From assembly GCA_022559525.1 (NCBI GenBank), contig CP074345.1, positions 570,267 to 634,266 on the forward strand: a stretch of 64,000 nt of DNA, read 5' to 3'. The translations under genes were made by a program, and so were the position numbers. How positions within the stretch are numbered: the first letter of the stretch is position 1; each line of letters opens with the position of its first letter. Under the pieces are notes generated by a model, which was not told where the DNA came from, searched no databases, and saw only the letters and a program-made list of their open reading frames with translations. Positions 1-10,622 of the stretch are shown here, one piece after another. The DNA comes from Vermiphilus pyriformis (lineage in GTDB: Bacteria; Babelota; Babeliae; Babelales; Vermiphilaceae).

Positions 1-222
1 CGTGGGCATGTTATGCCTATAGGGGGAGTTAAGGAAAAAATACTTGCAGCCAAACGTAATCGTGTCAAACATGTGATATTACCGTATCGTAATAAACATG
101 ATTTAAAAGGCATCGAAGATTTAACCAAAGATATCAATGTTATATTTGTCGAACACGCACATGAAGTAATAACACATGTTCTTCAAAGAACGCGCACGGG
201 TACCGACTTTAACATGAGCTAA
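1..222 (+). CDS. lon: Lon protease, C-terminal end (5' part lies outside the window)
   Basis: The frame is open from base 1. [35 protein letters not shown] matches the conserved Lon proteolytic-domain C-terminus (PIGGxKEKxLAAxR...P..N..DL). Confidence 0.8.
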   Translation, partial: RGHVMPIGGVKEKILAAKRNRVKHVILPYRNKHDLKGIEDLTKDINVIFVEHAHEVITHVLQRTRTGTDFNMS

Positions 223-240
223 TTATTTTATCTGGTGAAA

Positions 241-276
241 TAAAAATGCCTCCAGATAATACTGGAGGCATTTTTA
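241..276. terminator. bidirectional stem-loop between convergent genes
   Basis: ATGCCTCCAG / CTGGAGGCAT 10-bp stem with a 6-nt loop, flanked by an A-run upstream and a T-run downstream. It sits between the lon stop and the stop of the 298..651 gene. Confidence 0.65.
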
Positions 277-297
277 TATAATTTATAGCAATAACAC

Positions 298-651
298 TTA
301 TTTAATACGATATAAAAATTTACCGCCCTCAGTAAGCGTGTATCCAATATAACCAGTAATACCCGTAATTGCTGCACATACTGCAGCCCTTTTGAGTATT
401 AGCGACGGTTTTTTATTTATTTGAATGCACATTTCAGGAGTACGTTCTTCAGGTGAAGTAATGCGAGCATAAGCATCGTACGCTACTGTTTCTACTGCAG
501 CCATACCTGCTCCGATAGCAAGAGAAAAACTTATAGCACCTGCAAGTTGGCGAGGCCAAATAGGAGCACTGTTAAAATTATAATAATTGTCAGATGCGCA
601 GACTGAAATGCTTAGACTGCTTAGTATAATAAACATATAAGAATAACGCAT
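298..651 (-). CDS. small secreted/membrane protein, member 1 of a tandem paralog triplet
   Basis: 117-aa ORF with an N-terminal signal-like segment, Gly/Ala-rich hydrophobic segments and the motif ARITSPEERTPE. The architecture is shared with the next two genes. Confidence 0.6.
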   Translation of the reverse strand: MRYSYMFIILSSLSISVCASDNYYNFNSAPIWPRQLAGAISFSLAIGAGMAAVETVAYDAYARITSPEERTPEMCIQINKKPSLILKRAAVCAAITGITGYIGYTLTEGGKFLYRIK

Positions 652-664
652 ACAGTTCCTTGCA

Positions 665-695
665 TAAAAAAAGCAGACATCTGGTATGCCTGCTT
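665..695 (-). terminator. putative intrinsic terminator after the 703..1137 gene
   Basis: On the minus strand: AAGCAGGC, a 9-nt loop, GTCTGCTT (one mismatch), then a T-run. Confidence 0.45.
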
Positions 696-702
696 AAATT
701 TC

Positions 703-1137
703 TTATTGTACGGTGGTTATAGTACGTACTTCACGTAAAGTACTACCATTTTTATATAGATAATACCAGCGAGCGCGTACGTAGTTGGTAAAAAAAGGTT
801 GTAGCGCTTTATATGCCACATATCCTGAAAGTCCTGCAACCCACGTTGTTCCTGAGACTCCGATTGCAAGATATTTATTCGGGATTGAAGCTATCATATG
901 TTGTTCTACAGTACGCTGTTCAGGCTTAGTCATTCGAGCCTTGATCACACTAGATAAATTTTCGCATCCTTTAAAAGCAACTTTGATACCTGTGCCTAAT
1001 GCGTAAGTACCTAATGCAAATTGGCTCACAGCAGCTAGTTTTGTTTTCCAAGATGGCACAATCACTACTTGATTGCTATAACTTGCAAAAGAAACGCTAG
1101 TACCCAATACCAATACAATACGTGATAAAAATTTCAT
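703..1137 (-). CDS. small secreted/membrane protein, member 2 of the tandem paralog triplet
   Basis: The ORF track gives 703..1191. The internal ATG giving MKFLSRIVLVLGTSVSFA (signal peptide) is the likelier start. It carries the motif ARMTKPEQRTVE and a GLSGYVAYK segment like its neighbours. Confidence 0.6.
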   Translation of the reverse strand: MKFLSRIVLVLGTSVSFASYSNQVVIVPSWKTKLAAVSQFALGTYALGTGIKVAFKGCENLSSVIKARMTKPEQRTVEQHMIASIPNKYLAIGVSGTTWVAGLSGYVAYKALQPFFTNYVRARWYYLYKNGSTLREVRTITTVQ

Positions 1138-1147
1138 ATAATTCCTA

Positions 1148-1498
1148 TTACTTAGTAGTAAATAATTTATAAGCTGCAAAACCAAATACACTTGTTGCCA
1201 TTGCGCTATTGAGCATAGCCAATGCTAAATTGCGTTTTGATTTAATAGCAAGTTCGTCAGGAGTACATGCTTCCTGTGGCTTTGCTTGTACTGCTTGATG
1301 TGCGCATGGCAAACAAAAAGTAATATACGCAGCACCTAGACCAGTCAATGCAGACCCTACACCGGCAGTTCTTTTGGCAGCCAGAAGAGCTCTTTTGCCT
1401 GCTAAATTATAATTAAAAGAGGCAGCTTGCATAGAAGAGCCTAGTTGTATACATAAAGCACTTACAACCAACCAAGTGCGTAATTGAGAACGAGTCAT
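1148..1498 (-). CDS. small secreted/membrane protein, member 3 of the tandem paralog triplet
   Basis: 116-aa ORF with a signal-like N-terminus, a Gly-zipper-like AGVGSALTGLGAAY segment, TPDE, and a C-terminal hydrophobic FGFAAYK. Confidence 0.6.
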   Translation of the reverse strand: MTRSQLRTWLVVSALCIQLGSSMQAASFNYNLAGKRALLAAKRTAGVGSALTGLGAAYITFCLPCAHQAVQAKPQEACTPDELAIKSKRNLALAMLNSAMATSVFGFAAYKLFTTK

Positions 1499-1790
1499 TG
1501 TTGATCCTCTTTAGGGTAGATACGTAATTTCCAAATAGATAAAAGTTTACACATAAGAAAATTAAAAGATAGGTATAATCCATTATAATAACGGGCTATA
1601 TATAAAAATATCTTACAAATGTATTATAATTTTAATATAAAATACACAAACTGCAAACTCCGTCCTATACTAGGCTATTGGAAAAAGCTAAGATATATAA
1701 ATTCTTACGATTATAAAATAAGAGCAAAAGTAAATATTGACAATTATCTATACTCCATTTGAATACATTTTTAACAAGGTACACAAAAAT

Positions 1791-4163
1791 ATGCGCTCTC
1801 AGTTATTTCTATTATATCTATTGGCAAATACAAGCCATTATATACATGCAATGCAGGCCGAACACCTTGAATATGCCTTTAGCAGATGGGACGAGCAGTT
1901 ACATCTTGCTCAAACACGCTTACAGTCGAACTTAGAGAAATCACTTGATACTCTCTTGAGCATAGATGGGAACAATTTTGCATCTTTTCAGAAAGATATC
2001 ATACCGTTACTTAAAACTATACAACGTGATATTAATGTAACATTCAAGCCTTTTATGCAACATATACATGTACCTAAACAGCATAGAGACGCTTGCACAC
2101 AAGTATTAAATGTTATATCCGATAGACTTACCACATGCATTACGCATCTTGCTCGATCAACTTCCACTACCTCTTACAACTTACCAGCATTGCACAAATA
2201 TTTGATTAGATCATTATTTTTTATCTATCACTCTTTTTTTACTATCGTATCAGAGCAACAACCAGGTTATTTTCAAAACTTTACTCAACTTATACATGCT
2301 GCGCGCGCAATACAAAACGAAATTTTTCCAGACAATACTACTCTTAAGGATGCTCTTGACACTCAAATGAATGATCATGAATCTGAACGTATTGTTGCAT
2401 GTAAGATCAGACAGCTTACCCAAGTTTTGCAAAATACTATACTCTCCATTGAAGCCTATTATTTTTGTACTGAAAGCAATGCAGACGAGTATACTGATCC
2501 AGATATTAAACTTATTAATTCACAGCTAGATACTCTTAAGATATTTGAACAAACATTTACAGGTTTTTATGCATGCCCACGCACAACGCATCAGGTACAT
2601 GAATTTCTTGAACAATTTGCACAAGGTATATTATTTATACAACAGCGCTTAAGCTCTGTTATTGAAAAAAAACGTCTTGATCTTACAAATTCTCTTGAAT
2701 TTATAGAATCTCGAGAAAAACTTAGTGTATCTGACGCGCTCATAGTATTTGCCAATTATAGGAAGAATATATCAAAAGATACGAATACATGGCTTGCAAG
2801 CACACTCAACGGATTTTCTATTCCCGCACTACCTACAATACCCAATCCATTTCAAGCAGTAACAGAAATGGGCGCTTCGGTTGCAAACCAAATAGGAGAA
2901 CCTATATTGGAAGCTACTTCACACATATTACAAACAACACATCAATTGGCAGCTCATATAAGCACCATTTTTAAAAATTTACCTGACCAATTACATCACA
3001 TAGACAGTATTCAAGAAGGCAATAGCATCAGCAGCAAACTCTCACATTACATTATAAATGTAGTCAAAAAACACCTTCTTGCTGCCACAAATAGTACCTT
3101 AAGTAGTACGGCTGATATAGTGATGGAATTTGCTAACACTTGTACAGTTTTGGCAGAAACAGCAGAGCGTTTAAAAGACTACTGCCACAACACACGTTTA
3201 CCAGAAATTGCTGGTCTTGACAAAGCTATAGTAAACAAATGTCTTGCTTTTGTAGGGCTACGCCACTTAGAAAAAATAACTATCCTGTCAAAAGAATATA
3301 ATCCTTTTCTTTCTATTTCTACTCTTTACAATTATATGCTTGCTCAACAGAAACATGGTAATAATTTGCCATGTATACCTGCTAGCATAATTAATCTAAT
3401 GCCTAGCCAATTTGTATCACAATATACAAAAGACCTTGCGCCTGTACTTGCTACATGGGAACAATTATACAATGATGAAAAAGCAGTCATAGTTAATAAT
3501 TGTAAATGCATATCGCCAGACGTACTAGAGCACATATCATCTTCTTTACAAGATCATGAAAATATAAGTAGAACTATGGTTGAAAACCTATATTCCTTTA
3601 TTTGGGCTACCCGCAATCACATTGCACAAGAAGAGACAGGGCGTTATGTTACAAATACTCAAAATCACTGGCAGAGTAAATTGTTAGAAAACAATGAAGA
3701 AATTAAAAAATTAAAAGATTCAATAAAGGATTTACAAAATGATCATGATCTTATTAAGTTATCATGGAAAAATTTGTGGCTTGGAGGAATTTTAAAGCGC
3801 TATTATATCAATGCTCAAATGGACCAATTGGACAAACAACTTCAAGGGTTTGAATCAATAGGCACAACTATTACTAATAACCTTGAAATTATAGCAGAAT
3901 GCGCACAAAGTATTGCGCAAAAAATAAAAGCTGCACATTTTCTGCTTACAACACTCAAAGGTAATGTTGCATGTTACAATTATTTGCCCAACATAAGCGC
4001 TATTATACAGACGCTCACTGACAAAGTAGATTCTTCTTTTTCATTATATGGAGCGCCTTTTATAAATCAGAAATATAATAATTTGTCAAACAGTCTCATC
4101 GGTTCAGTATATTCACAAAGTGGTTTTGATGTAGACGGAGACAGCAGTGTTGCTTTACAATAA
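1791..4163 (+). CDS. large secreted protein of unknown function (about 790 aa)
   Basis: Long uninterrupted ORF (track 1737..4163). The internal ATG gives MRSQLFLLYLLANTSHYIHA, a signal-peptide-like start. I recognised no domain. Confidence 0.7.
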   Translation: MRSQLFLLYLLANTSHYIHAMQAEHLEYAFSRWDEQLHLAQTRLQSNLEKSLDTLLSIDGNNFASFQKDIIPLLKTIQRDINVTFKPFMQHIHVPKQHRDACTQVLNVISDRLTTCITHLARSTSTTSYNLPALHKYLIRSLFFIYHSFFTIVSEQQPGYFQNFTQLIHAARAIQNEIFPDNTTLKDALDTQMNDHESERIVACKIRQLTQVLQNTILSIEAYYFCTESNADEYTDPDIKLINSQLDTLKIFEQTFTGFYACPRTTHQVHEFLEQFAQGILFIQQRLSSVIEKKRLDLTNSLEFIESREKLSVSDALIVFANYRKNISKDTNTWLASTLNGFSIPALPTIPNPFQAVTEMGASVANQIGEPILEATSHILQTTHQLAAHISTIFKNLPDQLHHIDSIQEGNSISSKLSHYIINVVKKHLLAATNSTLSSTADIVMEFANTCTVLAETAERLKDYCHNTRLPEIAGLDKAIVNKCLAFVGLRHLEKITILSKEYNPFLSISTLYNYMLAQQKHGNNLPCIPASIINLMPSQFVSQYTKDLAPVLATWEQLYNDEKAVIVNNCKCISPDVLEHISSSLQDHENISRTMVENLYSFIWATRNHIAQEETGRYVTNTQNHWQSKLLENNEEIKKLKDSIKDLQNDHDLIKLSWKNLWLGGILKRYYINAQMDQLDKQLQGFESIGTTITNNLEIIAECAQSIAQKIKAAHFLLTTLKGNVACYNYLPNISAIIQTLTDKVDSSFSLYGAPFINQKYNNLSNSLIGSVYSQSGFDVDGDSSVALQ

Positions 4164-4230
4164 ATACACATTGGATTAAGTTCTATAGTAGGTAACACTC
4201 TCAAGAATTCTATACTAAACGTATCGGTAA

Positions 4231-5673
<1,443 letters not shown>

Positions 5674-5687
5674 AAAGGTAGTATTGT

Positions 5688-5930
5688 ATGCTGTTACGAT
5701 TAATAGCTCCGCTTGAAATCAAAGAATATGAAGTAGAGTGGTGTGAAATTACTACTGAGTATGGAAGCAGAACTATTTTTTCAGGACATGCGCCTATGAT
5801 TTTAGTAATTAAGCCAGGAAGCATGCTTCGCTTTGGCGCACAAGACACATCATTGGGTGAAGAGCTTATTGGTCAAGGCATTGCTCATATTACTCGCACC
5901 ACCCTTACTATACTGCGCAGTATCTTATGA
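5688..5930 (+). CDS. atpC: F1 ATP synthase epsilon subunit, N-terminal beta-sandwich only (80 aa)
   Basis: It lies immediately after atpD. The pattern TTEYGSRTIFSGHAPMILVIKPGSM matches epsilon (eGe.giL.gHaP....L.pG). The usual C-terminal helical hairpin is absent. Confidence 0.8.
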   Translation: MLLRLIAPLEIKEYEVEWCEITTEYGSRTIFSGHAPMILVIKPGSMLRFGAQDTSLGEELIGQGIAHITRTTLTILRSIL

Positions 5931-7534
5931 GCGATATGTTAGGCACAGTGATTTCAGGTTCTTTGCAAGAAGGACTCTTGGTAAGATTTGCATCACATGT
6001 CAGACTTGCTGATATCAGTACTGGTACTTTTATGTGTATACGCACACAAAACAGTACTTTTGTATGTGTGGTAGCAGATTTAAGCTTGGCTACCAGCTCT
6101 CCTGAAATTGCACAACGCCCACCGGTATCAGCTTCTAGTTTATTAGCTCGCACACTGAGTGGTTATGATGTTTATGCGACTGCTTTACTCAAACCATTAG
6201 TCTGTCTCAATTTGCAGTCTATACCTATGCCTGTCAAAACACTGCCGGATCATTTCAGCCCCGTGTACTATGCAAGTGCTGAAGACATTGCACATATTTT
6301 TGGTAGCGAACAAGATACTCAAAAAACTTATTTTTCAATTGGTACGCCGCTTGATATGAACGTACCCGTATGCATTGATCTTGCAAAATTAAGTGAACGA
6401 AGCAATGGAATATTTGGAAAAACAGGAACAGGAAAAACTTTTATCACACGTTTGGTACTTGCAGGTCTTATCAAGCATGAGCAAGCAGTTAACATTATAT
6501 TTGACATGCACAGTGAATACGGACTTCAAGCTCGTACTGAGCAAGGTGGCGGGTCTTTTGTAAAAGGCTTACGTACACTATTTGGCGCTAAGGTTGCCAT
6601 TTTTTCTTTAGATCCGATATCAACTCGTCGACGCGGTGCCCAACCTGATGTTGAACTTAAACTCACCTATCAATCTATTAGTGTTGAAGATATTTTAAGT
6701 TTGGCACACGAACTCAATCTTCATAGCACTGCTCTTGAAGCTGCATATTTAATTCATGCACGTTACAAGCGAGATTGGCTTGCGGTACTCTTGGCACAAG
6801 ATGATATAAAAACTTTTGCAACCAGTATTGGCGCGCACCCTGAATCAGTAGCAGCATTATATCGAAAACTTAAAAGAATTGAGCGCTTGCCATTCTTTGT
6901 GCCAGCTCAAGAACCTTATAGCACTCAAGATCATACCGTTATCGATCATATGATGGAATATATTAGTAGAGGTATTAGTATCATTATTGAATTTGGTAAC
7001 TATACTTCAACTTTTGCTTATCTCTTGATTGCAAATATTATTACTCGACGTATTCATGCTGAATATGTTGAGCGAACTGAACTATTTCTTGGTACAGGCT
7101 TGGAAAGCGATCGGCCACGTCAACTTATGATTACTATTGAAGAAGCACACAAATTTTTAAATCCAGCTGCAGCTCGACAAACAATTTTTGGCACGATTGC
7201 ACGAGAGATGCGTAAGTATTATGTGTCACTTCTCATCGTAGATCAACGGCCATCAGGTATTGATCCTGAAGTGCTTTCACAAATAGGTACCAAAATTATT
7301 GCACAATTGAACGATGAACGCGATATTGCAGCTGTTCTTATGGGAATGCCCAATTCAGTGCATTTACGTACTATATTGGCAACTCTTGAAACAAAGCAGC
7401 AAGCACTGGTCGCAGGGCATGCAATTGCAATGCCTATAGTAATTAAAACACGCCCTTACGATACTCAATTTTATAGTGATATAGCGCCTGATATTATACC
7501 AACTACTCGTCAAGCAATTGACCAACTTTATTAA
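5927..7534 (+). CDS. HerA/DUF87-like P-loop ATPase (FtsK-HerA superfamily)
   Basis: Walker A GKTGTGKTF, a Walker-B-like LLIVDQRPS, IEEAHKF, and an N-terminal barrel-like region. Its start ATG overlaps the atpC stop (ATGA). Confidence 0.75.
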   Translation: MSDMLGTVISGSLQEGLLVRFASHVRLADISTGTFMCIRTQNSTFVCVVADLSLATSSPEIAQRPPVSASSLLARTLSGYDVYATALLKPLVCLNLQSIPMPVKTLPDHFSPVYYASAEDIAHIFGSEQDTQKTYFSIGTPLDMNVPVCIDLAKLSERSNGIFGKTGTGKTFITRLVLAGLIKHEQAVNIIFDMHSEYGLQARTEQGGGSFVKGLRTLFGAKVAIFSLDPISTRRRGAQPDVELKLTYQSISVEDILSLAHELNLHSTALEAAYLIHARYKRDWLAVLLAQDDIKTFATSIGAHPESVAALYRKLKRIERLPFFVPAQEPYSTQDHTVIDHMMEYISRGISIIIEFGNYTSTFAYLLIANIITRRIHAEYVERTELFLGTGLESDRPRQLMITIEEAHKFLNPAAARQTIFGTIAREMRKYYVSLLIVDQRPSGIDPEVLSQIGTKIIAQLNDERDIAAVLMGMPNSVHLRTILATLETKQQALVAGHAIAMPIVIKTRPYDTQFYSDIAPDIIPTTRQAIDQLY

Positions 7535-7591
7535 AAAGTACCTAAATTCTAGAATTATTGTATATGCTAGGTATCAAATTAGGGAGATAGT

Positions 7592-9133
7592 ATGAGATAC
7601 TATAGTAAGTATATTATATACATGCTAGTAACATGCCAACTTAATGTACACAGTATGGAGCATGAGCTAGAACAAAATAAGCCTTCTCCTACTTCTGATT
7701 TATCTAGTATGGTCCTCGCGTTAAGTCCTTACACTCAAGCCGTACGAGAAGCAATACAAAATGATAATGTATCGCAAGTAGATCAACCCCTTATTGCCAT
7801 AAGTCAAGCATGCTCAATTTTCGGCTCATACAATTATCTTCATATTGCAGCAGAATATGGTTCAGTTAACGTAGCTAAATGGCTTATAAATACACATAAT
7901 TTCGATGTAAATCGTCAAACAAGTGATGACGAACAACTAACTCCGCTTATGATAGCAAGTAGTAAAAATCATAAAAAATTTGTTCATTTTCTTATTGATG
8001 ATATTAATATTAATCCCTTAAAAATTGATACGCAAGGCATGACTGCACTGCACCACGCATCAACAATTTATAGTGCTGCAAGTTTTAAAAGGATTGTAGT
8101 AAAATTTCCACAACTACTATATATTTCAGATAATTTGGGTAGAAATGTAACGCATCTTATTGCACAAAGAAATGCTCGAGACCTTTTAAAATTTATTTAT
8201 AAAAATATTTATGAAAATGAAAAGTTTGTAAATATCGCCCAACAGCATCCATGGATTGAGTATATTAATCAAAATTCGGGAAAAGATCCTAAATATCCAG
8301 GCTATACTCCCTTATTGTATGCTCTGGCTACATGCCCTACTGACCTTGATAAAAGCCTGTCAGGTACTGATAGTTTATCAGGCTCAGGTTTTTCGGGAAT
8401 AGAAGGTGAACGAGCTTTCAGAGCTACCCGCACAAAAACAATAGCATGGATTTACAAGCATGGCGGTAATCCTTACAAAGCAGCTACTTTATTCAAGGAA
8501 ACAGAACTTGCTGATTGGCCGCTATACCTTGCAATGCAAACAATGGATCATGAGTTAATATTATGCGTAGTCAAACAAATGATCGACTACAAAGAAACAA
8601 AAAACTTTCTAGTAACCAACGGCCCAGGCAAAGACATTTTAAGTTATAAGCCTAAGCAGGGCAAGGATTTATGGCAATGGGTAGATGAACAAAATCGTCC
8701 CGATCTTATACAATATGTCATTAATAAACTAGCAGAAAAATACCAAGTTGAATGTCCGTCATGTAGCCTTGAAAGCAAAACCTCAAACCCAAATACTCCC
8801 CGCTCAAGTCAAGATTTTGAAAACATTAATAATATAAATTATAATAACCCCCTTATTTTAGGTCCCAATGATCTTACAATCACAAGCTCTCAATGTGGAC
8901 ACTTTATTTGTATTAAGTGTAAAAAAGACTGGGTAGAGCGTAGTATAAAAAACAAAAGTAAAGAATGCCCTACATGCCCGGTATGCCGTGCCCCTTTAGA
9001 ACACTTTGAATTTGAGGGCTCTGGGACTGAACTCACCTTGTGGAAACCCAATAAAATAGTACCTAAAGGTAGCCCTCCTCAGTCGCACCATCCTGAGTCA
9101 GAAGATAGTAAAAAGAACTGTAGTATACAATAG
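7592..9133 (+). CDS. ankyrin-repeat protein with a C-terminal RING-type zinc finger (putative E3 ubiquitin-ligase-like effector)
   Basis: There is an AGGGAG RBS upstream. ANK repeats include YLHIAAEYGSVNVAKWLI, LTPLMIASSKNHKKFVHFLI and MTALHHAS. The C-terminal CPSC-x43-CGH-x2-C-x2-C-x15-C-x2-C-x2-C follows the C3HC4 pattern. Confidence 0.8.
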   Translation: MRYYSKYIIYMLVTCQLNVHSMEHELEQNKPSPTSDLSSMVLALSPYTQAVREAIQNDNVSQVDQPLIAISQACSIFGSYNYLHIAAEYGSVNVAKWLINTHNFDVNRQTSDDEQLTPLMIASSKNHKKFVHFLIDDININPLKIDTQGMTALHHASTIYSAASFKRIVVKFPQLLYISDNLGRNVTHLIAQRNARDLLKFIYKNIYENEKFVNIAQQHPWIEYINQNSGKDPKYPGYTPLLYALATCPTDLDKSLSGTDSLSGSGFSGIEGERAFRATRTKTIAWIYKHGGNPYKAATLFKETELADWPLYLAMQTMDHELILCVVKQMIDYKETKNFLVTNGPGKDILSYKPKQGKDLWQWVDEQNRPDLIQYVINKLAEKYQVECPSCSLESKTSNPNTPRSSQDFENINNINYNNPLILGPNDLTITSSQCGHFICIKCKKDWVERSIKNKSKECPTCPVCRAPLEHFEFEGSGTELTLWKPNKIVPKGSPPQSHHPESEDSKKNCSIQ

Positions 9134-9272
9134 ATTTTTTGTAAAACTATCTATATATAATAAAAAATTGACAAATATGAAAAAATAAATATACTTATAC
9201 TATACTATCATTACAAAAGTCCTTACAGTCACTATACTATAATTTTATCTATAAGCAGCGCTCTATTTATTA

Positions 9273-9300
9273 TTGACAAAGTGAAAATATAGGGTATACT
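9273..9300 (+). promoter_or_regulatory. sigma70-like promoter for the 9334 gene
   Basis: TTGACA, a 16-nt spacer, TATACT, about 34 nt upstream of the ATG. An AAAGAGG RBS precedes the start. Confidence 0.4.
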
Positions 9301-9333
9301 CATTTGATATAACAACATTAAAAAGAGGTTATT

Positions 9334-10542
9334 ATGATACGTACAATACAAAAATGTATAGGCATGATAGTGCTTATAACATGTACTATGAGTGGAGCTG
9401 AAAAAACTATTTTTCGCAACTCTAATATAGCAAAATTTAGCTACAACAGACCTGAGCTTAAAACAAACTTAATTGTAGGTAATGGTCCTATTGCAGCAGC
9501 AGTTGCTAACCTACATAGATCAAATAGCAGCTTTTCAAGCTTTCTAAAAGTTTTGAGTATAGTTACATGGGGTGCGTTTAAACATATTTACACTACACCT
9601 GTAAAAGATGAAACTCCTGTTCTACAATCTGAGCACTCTCAAGTACAAGTTGTAGAGCCTATAGAGCTTTCTCTATCATTTTCGGATGATTTGATTGGTG
9701 CATTAAATAGACGTGATTTCAATACAGCATTGAATTTAGTCAAGCATCCGTCAGTTACTGAAAATATTGTTAATAAACTTAACAAATTAGATCTTACTCC
9801 ATTGTGGTGTGTTGTAGGCACATTTTGTTGCTCTGATGATGAAGAAAAACAGTTACTTGAAGTTGTAAAAGCACTTATTGATAAAGGCGCACAAGCAAAC
9901 TATGTGTTTAGTAAGAATAAAAATGATATAACTCATAATGCATTCGTCAACGCATGTAAAGCAGGAAATATCTTAATTGCTGAATATCTGTACAAAGTAA
10001 TATATCCGTATGGAGTACTCATTGATATCGGTGAGAAGTTATATGACAACAATATGCTGAGCAATTTGCTTACTGAGACTATGAATAGCTATGCAGGTCA
10101 GCAAGGAAGCTTTAGAGAGATATACAAAAAAAGTAATGCTGGTAAATCTTTAACTAGCGTTCAAATTGACAAGATTTTTGAGCAACGCATGGCGCCTGTT
10201 ATTGAATTTTTGCTTGAAAAAATATGTTATTCAAATACCTTGCCTGTTATCAATATAAATAGCCTCCGTTCTGACGGCATGGGAGGCAGAATAAATTTCT
10301 CAGCTTTAGATCTTACACGTATGCTAACTAAAATAAACAGTGATGGAACAATACAAAAATTAGATCTTATTGAAAATATTTTACTCAAACATGGTGCAAA
10401 AGAAAAAGATCTTAATAGCTTGGAAAGCAGTATTCCTGATTTAGGGGATCCTAATCATGAAGCAGCGCCTCAAGTTACTGTAGTACCAGGATTTACAGAA
10501 ACTTTGACGTCAGCGCTTGATGGATCATATCATGGAAATTAA
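9334..10542 (+). CDS. secreted ankyrin-like repeat protein
   Basis: Signal-like N-terminus, with ANK-like units LEVVKALIDKGAQANYV, NACKAGNILIAEYL and LIENILLKHGAKE. Confidence 0.6.
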   Translation: MIRTIQKCIGMIVLITCTMSGAEKTIFRNSNIAKFSYNRPELKTNLIVGNGPIAAAVANLHRSNSSFSSFLKVLSIVTWGAFKHIYTTPVKDETPVLQSEHSQVQVVEPIELSLSFSDDLIGALNRRDFNTALNLVKHPSVTENIVNKLNKLDLTPLWCVVGTFCCSDDEEKQLLEVVKALIDKGAQANYVFSKNKNDITHNAFVNACKAGNILIAEYLYKVIYPYGVLIDIGEKLYDNNMLSNLLTETMNSYAGQQGSFREIYKKSNAGKSLTSVQIDKIFEQRMAPVIEFLLEKICYSNTLPVININSLRSDGMGGRINFSALDLTRMLTKINSDGTIQKLDLIENILLKHGAKEKDLNSLESSIPDLGDPNHEAAPQVTVVPGFTETLTSALDGSYHGN

Positions 10543-10561
10543 GTTTCCTTAAAATACCTAA

Positions 10562-10591
10562 AAGGGACCCTTTAATAAGGGTCCCTTTTTT
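10562..10591 (+). terminator. intrinsic terminator
   Basis: AAGGGACCC / GGGTCCCTT 9-bp stem with an 8-nt loop, followed by a T-run, about 20 nt after the stop at 10542. Confidence 0.75.
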
Positions 10592-10622
10592 ATATCTCTA
10601 TATTATTGCAATCTCCCTCAAT

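Noticed and set aside
5927-7534. HerA-like ATPase as the core of an anti-phage defence system (Sir2-HerA or DUF4297-HerA type)
   Set aside because: No Sir2, DUF4297, NurA or other effector gene is adjacent, and the flanking genes are atpC and an ANK-RING protein. The defence interpretation is unsupported here, and only the unusual linkage is reported.
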